Under the pieces are notes generated by a model that made no database searches, was not told the DNA's origin, and saw nothing but the letters and a program-made list of their open reading frames with translations. From Tubiluchus corallicola (taxonomy: Eukaryota; Animalia; Priapulida), in the NCBI GenBank assembly GCA_030141605.1, contig JAQGDQ010000301.1, positions 124,001-188,000 of the forward strand: a DNA stretch of 64,000 nucleotides, read 5' to 3'. A program made the position numbers and the translations under genes. Below, in pieces: positions 38,601 to 49,900 of the stretch (positions are counted from its first letter, which is position 1; the number at the start of each line of letters is the position of its first letter).

Positions 38601-41600
38601 ACCTGTTAAAGATCTTAGCTGTCGACGGTTGCAGATGCTGAAAGTATAGTGTGCAGTTTCTTATGCTTTGTATATTTGTCAGTCTATTGGCATAAATGTC
38701 CCAACTGGTATTTTATTTTATGCAGTTTGGTATATTGGAGGTTGGAATCCAGGACTCAGAATAGGGCAGCCAACTCGTCCATCACACAGTTACTGCTAAT
38801 AACTCAGTAGGTTCTTAAACTACTGGCCAATTGACCAATGCCAAGTTTTCCAACAGTTTATCCCTTAAAAACCAAATTCGATTTGTTCTTCAGCTTATTG
38901 CCTCTACTACTAATGTTGGGCTTTTGTTAATACTAGAATTAGTTATATGGCATGGATAAGTTAACATTAGACAATTAACATTAGACAATGCAACGCATGA
39001 GCTATGTTGAACTTGTGCAGTTTGTCACAAACTAACACATCTGAACTCAGAGATATAGCGCCTGTTTTTTGTACAACACTTTCTGAAATACAGACACTAG
39101 TGTCTGTCTAACTAGCAAATGGCGAAATGCATGTAACAGCAAAGAACTAGTGATGCGATTGCGAAATTGTGTGGTAATGATTGCTTCACGTAAAGCATTC
39201 TTTAAAGAATAGCGTGTTTCCTTTCAATATTTTAAAGGATAGGTTGTTTTGACCTACAGTTTAACATTGGCTCTGGTTTTGCTCTAAGGTGTGTGACTTA
39301 GGCAATGTTGATTATGTGTAATGTATTCAACATTCATTTTTGATTTTCTTTTGAATTATGTGACAAGTTAAGAAAATGATTCAATGTACATAGTTCACGT
39401 CAATCATTTGTAGGTACTTATTTATTCATTGTTGTCCAATGTCCACTCAGAGTGGTGAAATGATAAAAAACGCCATGCAATCTCTGTGTTTTATAGCTTA
39501 GGCATGCTAAAGATCAACAAGATCTTGACATATCTGATGAGGATCTTTTCCCAGTTGCAACGCGTTCCTTGACTATGGATGATCATCAACCATTTCCCAA
39601 GCTTGTAGATGCTTTGAATGGAGTGGAATCCCATATTGGCTTCAACATTGAAGTTAAATACCCCATGCAGTATGAGGTAGCAGAATTTTTTTTTGCATTT
39701 CTGAAAATTTGAGAAATCTACATAATTAACAAATTAAGAATTGGGAGATCACTTTTTGAGTAGTCGGTTTATTCTTAGTAATCAAATTCAGTGTTGCGGG
39801 GTTAGTAATTTTCCTTAGTTATTTATGGCTTTTATATGAAGTTGACTTGCCATGATCATTGTTAATGAGGTGCTACATATTTTTGGACAGTAGCAAATAA
39901 TGGGGCTTGCACAGGGATACGTTTTCTGGTAAAAGCCATAAAAAGTTTTGCGACTATTGTACTTTGTTAATTTTATTTCGCAAGGTATTTGACTGTTCAT
40001 GACTCAAACATAAGGACTCTCAATATTTTTTGTTTTTTCAAATTTCAATTCCTATATAAAGCCTCATTCCAAGAGATTTCAGTTTGGAACTTTCAACTTT
40101 GCATTCCTGCCTGTCATTGCTAAGAAAAAGTTAAAATTTTCTGTTTACTGATACTCAGCTTGTCATTTTTAACCTGCATTGTGATGTACATTTCCATTGT
40201 TGACAGATAACTGACTTTTCTTTTTGGCTAGGGTGGCAGAAAGGTGGATCTTGGCGAACCTTATTTTGAGAAAAATGAGTTTATAGACGCAATTTTACGG
40301 GTAGTTCTGCAGAATGCAAACAATCGAAGAATAGTTTTTTCCACATTTGATGCTGACTCAGCTGCCATGTGAGTAGTTTTTTGGCTATGTTCTCCCTCAG
40401 CTAATCTAAAAGCCAAGGGTATTGTAGCAAATGGTACCACCCTGAGACAGTTTTTCAGGTAATTGCCTGTCTGTTTACTGTACAGGAAATGGTGCTGCTT
40501 AACTTCAGTTCCTAAGCACATACCTTGATCATTCAGCTGTTCCTCGTCCAATTTTTGGCAGTTAAAAGCGTTTTTCAAAGTGAGCTAGTTTCAGCAAATC
40601 ATGTAGCATCTTGTTTTGGTTCAGAACATGTAATGCTTCAGTGCATGTGTCTGAGTTGTTAATATGACACAAGATCAGTGTCAGAAATAAATGGCATTTA
40701 ATTTAAAAGGATTTCACTGCATTGATGTTAACTGCACAGTTAAACTATGCTGGTTTGCATTTTGCAACAACATGGTGACTTGTGAGTTATAGTTTTGTAA
40801 CAGTTTTGACTATTCCCATCTTAAGTTACGTATGCACATTAGTGTAAGCCTGCTGCTGAGACTTGCTGTGTTGTCATTATGATTGTTTAGTTTCTTTTTC
40901 ACCAATCTACATCGTCATTGTGACACAGAAATCTGTTTACATAGTGCACTGGGAGGTGAGTAGTGCTTGCTGGCACCCGGTACCACGTGCCTTATTTCTG
41001 ACTATGTGGTTTTATCACAAACAAGAAAGGCGATGGTTCATCTGTTTTTTCTCATTATGCGCTGTCCTACCATGTTTTTCATAATAACTAAAATGAAAAA
41101 AATGGAGCCCTAGTTGAGTTACATCACATTTTAACAGCTGCTGAGGTGTCTGTTACACAGAACATTGTATCAGTATTATTAATATAGACATTTTAAATGG
41201 GATCTGAATGATGTTATTAGTGATTGAGTTGAACCATATTTGGGGACTCCTTGTGAATGTCTGCCAAAAATTAATGTCTGCACATACTTTGCCACTTTCT
41301 AAAATACGTAATTATATTCAAACACTGTCACCTTGTTTGACTGAGTGCAAGGCTTTTGAACTAAAACATCTTACTGCAGTCACGTAAATTCTCATTGTTT
41401 GTTTATATAGGTTGCAAATGAAGCAGAACAAGTACCCAGTGATGCTACTGGTTCATGGGGAGAAAACGGCCGAAGTGCCATACACAGACGTACGAGCTAA
41501 GTCACCAGAAGTTTGTGTTCGTGTGGCTCAGGCTGAAAAACTTCTGGTAGGTACACGTATATGTAATGAATTTGTTTCTCCTAGTTATAATCAAATACTT

Positions 41601-42915
41601 AGCATAGAAACAAGTTTGTGCTGTGGGCCTAATTTTAAGAAATGCATTAAATTAGACGGCGTCATTTTACAGATAGGTGTCTTCAATAATGGGATGGTTG
41701 CTTATTTTAAATTGATCTATGAGCATTTTTGTTTGTCACTATAAATTACCACCTGGTGAATTCTCAAGTTGGACGGATGTGTGCAAGAAAATTTTGGAAT
41801 GTACATTCAAGAAAAAATGAACAACATTTATGAATTGTACTAATTTTAGCATCAACAATACGACATTTGTTTTATTTTTTGGGCTTATTACGACATTGCA
41901 GTAATACCTTGGCAACAACGTTGTGATGGTCCTTGGTCTAATCCATTTGGTGTAGAGGTAAAAGTCGCCTCTCACAATCGTGAATTGTTTTGTTAAAGAG
42001 GCAAATTTTCTTAGCAAAATCTCATTGTTTTGAAAGATATACATCGTACTTGGATCCAGATCATAGTTAACCCAATGGCTAATCTTATTAGACTTTTCCA
42101 TATTAACGAGTGACGTTGTGCAGCTTTGCCTGTATCAGAGGCTTTGCTTACTGCATCAAAATCTAACATTCTCCCTGCTTCTACATGCCTTTTAATTGCT
42201 TTTCCATTTTTTCACTGTTATTATTAACTATTATATTCACTATTTTTAAGGAATAAAGGGTTGCGAAATATTAGGCATTTACGCATTTACAATGCAGACT
42301 TTCCGTAAACGTTTTATAACTTTGTTTGTGCAACATTTTAATTTACAAGCATTTTTTTGGTTAAACTAATTCGGTCTGATTGTTGCAGGGTTTGTGCATG
42401 AATAAAGAGGACGTTCTTCTAGATCCTGGTCTAGTCGTTCGGGCTCACAATGCCGGTATGATTGTCTTTGGTTGGGGTGTCCAAGAAAATGAGGAAATCT
42501 CAAATCTCAAACAAATGGGTTTAGAAGCTGTCATTTTTGACAGGTGAATACAATTATTTTCAACAGTTTGTCGTAAATTTTTTTCTAAGTCAGGAAATGT
42601 TACAAATTATTAAATGTATTCGAAATAAAAAGACTTTGTAGAAGCCTGTTTGGCCAGCGCTTATTCTTATTGCTGCTATTTGTTCCACTTGACCTTTGGA
42701 CTGAATTACTGTAATGCCTACTTTACGCTGACCCTGATTTTGTTTTTTAAAGGATAAACGAGTATAAGTCAGGTGACAATGTGTTCATGGTTGAATACAA
42801 AGAGAAAATGCGAGACACGTTGAAAGAGTATGGTACGCTGCGCAAAGTGACTCAGAGTCATGCTCAAGTTGTGCCAGAAAACAGCCAAACTTCAATTGAT
42901 GACAGCTTACGATAG
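29622..42915 (+). CDS. GPCPD1: Glycerophosphocholine phosphodiesterase 1 (GDE5): CBM20 plus GDPD domain, ~669 aa, 14 coding exons
   Basis: Exons 29622-29779, 31304-31464, 31922-32112, 34237-34317, 35221-35334, 35938-36100, 36832-36964, 38192-38339, 38554-38643, 39497-39676, 40232-40368, 41411-41546, 42389-42543, 42753-42915; all GT-AG, 2010 nt in total. CBM20 motifs (GSCTQLGAW..EYRYF..KWE), GWLT, and catalytic GHRG, ENT, EFDV, HD, GFNIEVK, KQNKYPV. Confidence 0.95.
32973..33133. mobile_element. Tigger/pogo-like MITE
   Basis: TA-flanked, CAGTC-type terminus; internal ataatgcc repeats and gtcccaaagtaggcggtataa are shared with the copy at 45985-46184. Confidence 0.6.
35727..35865 (-). repeat. 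Interspersed repeat copy A, inverted relative to copy B at 38764-38905
   Basis: The 28 bp at 35784-35811 are the exact reverse complement of 38821-38848; similarity extends over ~140 bp. Confidence 0.85.
37593..38166 (+). mobile_element. pogo/Tc2-like internal-deletion derivative (MITE) retaining the transposase N-terminus
   Basis: TA flanks at 37591 and 38167; TIRs CCGTATATACTCGCATATAAGCC / GGCTTATATGCGAGTATATACGG; repeated ggtcggcttatat motifs; 38007-38064 encodes MPGEKRKHMSYTADFKLKV, like the start of a pogo/Brinker-type HTH. Confidence 0.85.
38764..38905 (+). repeat. Interspersed repeat copy B (begins GGGCAGCCAACT, hAT-like end)
   Basis: Reverse-complement match to 35727-35865. Confidence 0.85.
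38985..39288. mobile_element. Older, diverged copy of the Kolobok-like element
   Basis: acacatctgaactcagagatatagcgcctgttttttg..gtctaactagcaaatggcgaaatgcatgtaacag..tctggttttgctctaag aligns to ~25440-25742. Confidence 0.75.
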
Positions 42916-43428
42916 AAGTGTTGTCATAGTGTGTAATACACAGTTTGAAATTTGCTACTTGGTAGCTACAAGACAGCTAAATGCACACATTTACACACAT
43001 TTGCATAAGAGTTTTTTTATTACATGTAACTAACAATTTTTGATGACAGAGTGCCTATCTCTGCATACTAATGTGACATAACATTTTTGTGTTGTATTAC
43101 AATATGTACTATTGGGAACTATTGATAGTGCACATTTCATCATATTTGTATATCATTAATTTCATTACAGTGGGATGTTGTTGATTTTTGTTGTTACTAA
43201 ATAAATTATTTAACTGCAAAAAGCTATTTAGCTTCTCTATTCACAGCTCTGAAACTATTATGCATTTCAAGATATGCTATCAAATAAACACCATCAGTTT
43301 TTTAATGTCTTTGGCACCAAGCTTACAATCCGATGACTGACATGCTGAATCATTCCTTGATGTTGTCAGCATCTGGCAACTGGAACGGTCTTGTAATAAG
43401 TTTTCACTAAACCACTAATTTACAGGCA

Positions 43429-43894
43429 TCAGGAATTTGAATGTTTTTCTTCCACCACAGGCACACCCAGCTTTAAATGTGACTCCTCGTCGGGTGCTTG
43501 CACGAAAAGTTTTGCTCGGGATCGCAAGTGATAAATATTCTGTATAATGTCCTGTATATTCCAATGTTTTCTTAGTAATGCATCAGCGAGGTTAAAGTTT
43601 CCGTGACGTACTCGTCGCACCTGTAATGATAAAAATGCTGCTATCTAATCTTACGAACGACGGCACTAATGTGTTCCAGCAAAACATATCATTGAGTAAC
43701 TAATGGTTAAATGCTAAATGTGCTGTAAGGAATGCAAGTTGAATCTTATTCAAAAATCAATAATAATAATTTGGCACCAGAAAAACACCCTCAATTAGCA
43801 ATAAGCCTACCTTTGTTTTTTTAGATGCACAAAGTCTGCATTAACATTGTGTTTAATTATGTGCTGTACACCATAAAAATGGCACAAATATATA

Positions 43895-43948
<54 letters not shown>

Positions 43949-46900
43949 TATATATTTGTGCCATTTTATATAATATAATATAATATTTTGTGCCATATAT
44001 ATATAAGCTTATTATCTCGGCGAGTACACATCTAATTTTGAAAAGAGATTAATTCTAAAATGCACAAACCGTTCCTAATAACCAAAATGTTAGTATTTAT
44101 ATTTTGTCATATACAGTTGTGCACATTAAATGAAAAAACTATTTTCACTACGATAGTAAATATCTTTCCTATGAACAATTAAGCCTCACACTAGTAAATA
44201 GCTTTTTTGGCTATGTATTTTATAATTGACTGCTGCCAGCCATTGCGTCACCGACAATGGGGCAAGGCGAGCAAGATTACCGTGGACGTGATTTCTTATT
44301 TCATTATACAGCTTCTTTGTTTAAATCAAGTTTTAATCTTTTCTTGTTACAAGACATCACTAATAGTTCATAATTGTCTATAATAGTCAATAATTTAGTT
44401 CTGTTAGCTCAGGATTTAAACCAGTATCATATAAGATCGTTAACTCGAGCTATGATTTTAAGAGTTAACATACGTTTGTAGTGCACAGGATCTTTTGTGA
44501 AGAATTAAAGATGTTTTTCATTATCCTCTAAAACAGTAATTTAATTTGTTAGAATTTGTAAAAAAATATTGAAAAATTAGTGCACATATGCACATTAATC
44601 TAGATGCACTGCACAGCAACTGTTAGAGATCAATGGCTAAAGTTGAAGGTCCTGTTTTTGTATCTTTGACAAAATTACGACAACTCGCTTAATTACTAAT
44701 TGGACAACATTTTATTACTTCAAGTGAAATGAAGGATATGTTAAAACAGATTTATAACAAAATTCTAGTTCCCATTTTCTTATACGTGCTCTCTTTGTTC
44801 CAAGTGTAACTAACTAACTCAGATCATTAATCACAAGATTTGACACAAATATGACACCTGTAATGTCTGAAAAGTTCGTTGAAAGTGATTGTCTGGGCAA
44901 TTGCAAATCAGGTGCTATGTTTTTAATCTGAATGAGAGGCTAATTTTTAGACAGAACCGGAATAGGAAATCAGATAGAACGTTCTAGAACGAGATGTTGA
45001 AAACCACGTTTTATTGATCCTACAAATTCATTAAAGTTAAAGTCCTGTTTATATCTAATCACCATCTTGAGTACGTATTACTTGTCACTCACCCTGATAG
45101 GTCATATCAAAGTTTCTGCTTAATGTATGTCCATTAACGCATATCACATGTTTGATTGGGTTATGTGACTGTAACTGATTTTGGACCATGTGGGTCCATT
45201 GTGGATGCCGGAGCAGTGGTTAGTTAACTAGCTAACTGATAAAAACACTACTATGTTAGGGGTGTTAGTTTTCTACAAGCTCAAGTTTTATTTCCCGAGA
45301 ATTTCTACGACAAATTTTGTGCACCACTAAAATTTAACTATTAGAGCATTCAGTTTCCGTGTCAATGAAGTCGGAACTAGGATTATATAATTGGATTAGG
45401 CCACTATGCAGTACTTTCCTACCTGTGTGCAATGAGCTGTCGATTTTAATTGTAGCCCAATATCATGAATCAGATGCGCTAAGTAATGATAGCTTTCATT
45501 GATGCATTGAATTTCTAGAAACAAAAATCCACAAATGTAACTTCATAACATCAATATTTATCATGTTACATTTAAAATGAGAGTTTTTCATGTTCAACAA
45601 GAGTGCAGATTATGAAAAAAAATGCATCTGACTAAAAGATGACGCCACGTTTGTTTGTACTTGAGCACAAAGTACGTTTACAAGCAGCTTTAGACATTTG
45701 ACAAATCTTTAAACAGGCAGTCTTTGAAAAGACACATTCACTCATCAGATGGCCACTTATATCTTCACACAGATGTTTTTATTTTTTCACTCCTTCAGAG
45801 TTTTCATAAATTTTTCAGCCAGCTCCAACTATACCACTATGTTTTCATATACCTCCAAAGCTTCAGAATTCTACAAATCTTCGGACATTTTACCCACATC
45901 TTAATACAGTGTCTGGCATTTTTACATTTCTTCCGAAGTTAGTATAAATTTTCGTCAACTGCAAGCACGAGACATCCTAAGGTACAATCAAGCCTTGTTA
46001 TAAATGCCTATCTTTATATAGCCAACCTCGCTTAACCCCCAAATTTTTTAGCAAAATAAAATGTCTTTATTCGCATAGACGCGTATGTATTAATGCACCT
46101 AGTAATAATGCCAAACTCACTATAATGCCAACTTTTTTCTTTTTTTTGCGGTCCCAAAGTAGGTGGTATAAAGAGGTTTGACTGTACTTATAAAAAAAAG
46201 AAGAAAGATTAAAGCCTGCTAATGTCGACATCAGCAACATTAAGGAAATGATCAATGTGTGCCTTGCAGCCTGCGTATCTGTGGCTTAACAGCCACTCTC
46301 AAAGCTGGTTGCCACTATTATGAATTGACGACAGACAACAATGAGCAAGAAAGTCAACATCCCTGAAAAACCAGCTGATCCACCATGAATTGTCAGGAGC
46401 TCTTGGAAGTAAAACAAAGCCCAAGAGACACACAAAAAAGTGTTTGGATAAACAACAACAACAAAACAGTTAACTGACTTGTGCCTGTCACTTTGCTCAT
46501 GATAAATATCGGCAAACTAAATTTTGCACAAAGCAACAACGTCCCACAGGTGTCTTCATCACTTTCGCTTCACAGCAGCAGCAGCAACAACAACAACGAA
46601 AACGACAATAGCAGCACGCTTGACTGACTTGCAACTGCTACACTAATTCATGAAAAAACATTAGCAGATATAATGTAGTCGAGGCGGCAAGTGTCCTCTA
46701 GAAGGGCATTAACTAATTCACTTACTAAAACATTAACACTAACAGGCACAATTTATATTTTTCTACTTCATAGGAAATGCCAACATCACTTTGAAAATGG
46801 AAGACGAATTTATGAGTTAAGTGACTATATATTTTATATGCACCAGCACTTGGCAACTGCTAGGAGTTAATAGGATAACCACATCTGAGATTTGATTGTA

Positions 46901-49900
46901 CAGTAATTCAAAATTTCTTACCCATTTTACATTTTACTTACCTAGAGTAAAATTGGGTGGCTCAAATTTCAAGCACTTTATCCCGTAAATGAGAGTAACT
47001 CTTTGGTCTTTTGGTCGTATTAAACCTTTAACAGCCAAGTCATACGCTTCTTGTGTTTGCAGGTCTATGTCTGAGCTCCTGCGATATAAATTCAAACTGT
47101 TAGCACCAAGTTAATCAGTATGTTGTCATCAAAAGATATATACTGTGAGGAAGATCAAACTTTACACGTAGACACCATGTTGACATGAAACAATCGACTC
47201 CATAGTACAGCAAAAACTCAAGAGCTTCTTACTGTGACTGCTTTTGACACTTTTCCATTATAGAATCAATACTGGCTGGTTTTTGGACTGCAAATGAGAG
47301 GACGTCAAGCAAGTACCAAATTTGCATAAAAAGGTTGAAAAGGTAAATCTTCAAGGATGATTACACTGATTATAATATTAACTAAAATTCAAGAAGGTGC
47401 ATTTTCGCCCTGGTACTAAACTACAGGAGAAGACATTTTCTCCTTGCTTTAGGTAGGGTGTATGGGCCTAACAAGTCTGTGTTGTTCCTATATATGAAAT
47501 AAACACAAAAATTGAGTTGATTCTGCATCAAATGACAGATGTTTCATAATTACATAACCTGACTACAATTTGACAATTCTTCTCTTTAGTTTCAAGGGAA
47601 AAGGTTAGCTGAATAGCTGAATGATTGCAGCATATTATGCTTTATGCCTGAAGTTAAAGTATGCCGATGCTAGTGAGCAAATGTTACATTACTGTCTTAG
47701 TTCAATACTTGTCCTGGGAATTTCACTCGTCATATTGTTTACGGTTGTTTACATCATGAAGGAGGGATGATTTACATCGCAGACTTTTATGAAAAAATTT
47801 CAATTGTTATGTTACATCAGGTACATGAGTAAAAGTTTCGAATAAATAAGTAAATCACTGTCTTTTCATTTTACATGTTTATACAACTCCAAAAACATAA
47901 AAACATGGAACAGCCTTTATAGTATCACAATGGTTATTTAATTATTTCAGAAGTTTTTGCCCTAATGGGTCTCATCAGCTGAAAAATTACAGATAAAATG
48001 TTAAACAGTATGTACCAATGCGAAATAAGTACATTAAAAGCAAAAATAGTAGCTAAACAATGCTTTTAGTTGATTTTAATGTTTCTTGTTTGAAGTTCAT
48101 CTAGATGGGGCGAGCCACAGCAGAAATGATATTACAGTGTTTCTTTATAAATATTAAAATTATATTGGCTGGACTTTGCTATAATGCCATACAAGATGTG
48201 CTGCGTGCTAAAAAATCTATGTATGTTATTACATATATTTTATTATAATTTTGGCCGGGACATAATAAAATCATGGTAATACTCAGAGTTTTCTTATAAC
48301 TAGAACTGTATTATCAGTGTAACGTCTGCAAGATACAGATACAGCCACAACAGTTGAAAAATTAGTGAATACTAAAACAAACGTTTATTAAATGAGCATC
48401 AGTTTAGATAACCATGTGAACAAAGCAAATCCCACATTACGTAACTTCTACCTCGTGGTGAGCCCGCTTGAATAATAAGGGAAATCTTAGTAAGCACAAA
48501 CATTAAAATATTAGCCACAGATAAGAACACGTCACAATGAGGATTCCACTGTAATGAGAAAACTTACGAAAACATTGCTTTCTGATGACTAGATTGAATG
48601 CCTGAAATAACTCTGTCCAACTTTTCTTGAGAAACATGTCCTAAAACAATGATGACATACTAGATAAGTTGAGATGTATTAAGCATAAAAAATTTCATTC
48701 CATTAAAACTGATTGGCATTAATAGGATTAACAAAATGTCTAACAAAAATTAACTGAGGTTAAAGTGAACTGAAACACAGTGTATCAGACAAACTAACCT
48801 ATGTATGAGTGACATATAAGCAGAAAAGTGGATATTTAGGTCATGTGGCATCAACGTGAAACCCGTCAACAAAATGATCAAAAAAGGATGGCTGGAAAGT
48901 GAGTCCTAAGCATAATCTGACAGGATAGCCCAAAACAAGTGCTGCTAGGTAACCTGGAAATAGGAAATTTGAAAACTGACACCCCAAGATAGTTATTTCT
49001 CTTGCTCTCTTACTCTCTTGCTCCAGAATTATATACAAATCTTTACTGACTGTGCAGCAAATGCTGGAGGTGACTGCCTAAAAGGTTTGTTTAAACAATC
49101 ATTTTGGTCACCTGCTGGATTAGTTGGCTACTTCACTAATAGGAGAGGGTGATTTTTTGACTAGACAATTCATCAGTTATCCTATAATCCACTTTGTGCC
49201 ATTTTGTGTTTGTATTTGTTTGTGTGACTATAATTTGCAAACAACATTATTGCTATAATCCCTGACTGCTACTAAAATTCATAGCAGATATAAACTGACA
49301 TAAGAGTGCGTGAAAATGTATGTTTTCTAGTTAAACTGATGTTTACGTGTACATAATACAGCACCAGTACATACACAGTTGTAAATAAGACTAGCCAATT
49401 TAAAAACCTTATAAATAAACTAACGACATTCTTACTAAAAGTTGACCGCTCCTTCGCACGACCTTTGTTTGTAAAGTCATCCGTGGCTAATCCTAGCTGA
49501 CCAACCAAATGATAAGCCTGTAAAGAAAAGACATGAAGTGTTGAAAACACCAATTCTACAGTTTTCTTTGTACCCATGAATTTAAATTCCGCACACCGAA
49601 TTTCGCAAAATACTTGCAAACATTAAGCAAGATAAAGAAAGTACAAAAACAAAACAGTAATTTCTGAACAGTAGGCTTCCCATGCCAAGTAGTAAAGTGG
49701 CAAAAATGAAATGTTCTAGCCACCTTAGCATTTAAGGCTAACCATTAGAAATAAGCCCCTTATATTAGTGCAATGCATTACAATTAATTAATCAAAATCT
49801 ATTTTAGTAGAAAATTAAAAAAGTATATTGCTTGAAAAATTTACATCTCCGAAAGGATGTCACAGTTTAATTTTGTCTGTGATTTAATCTCATACACACT

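Noticed and set aside
46430-46680. CAA/CAG runs suggesting a polyglutamine exon
   Set aside because: Intronic, antisense to TRUB2, with no sustained ORF; a degenerate local duplication with microsatellites.
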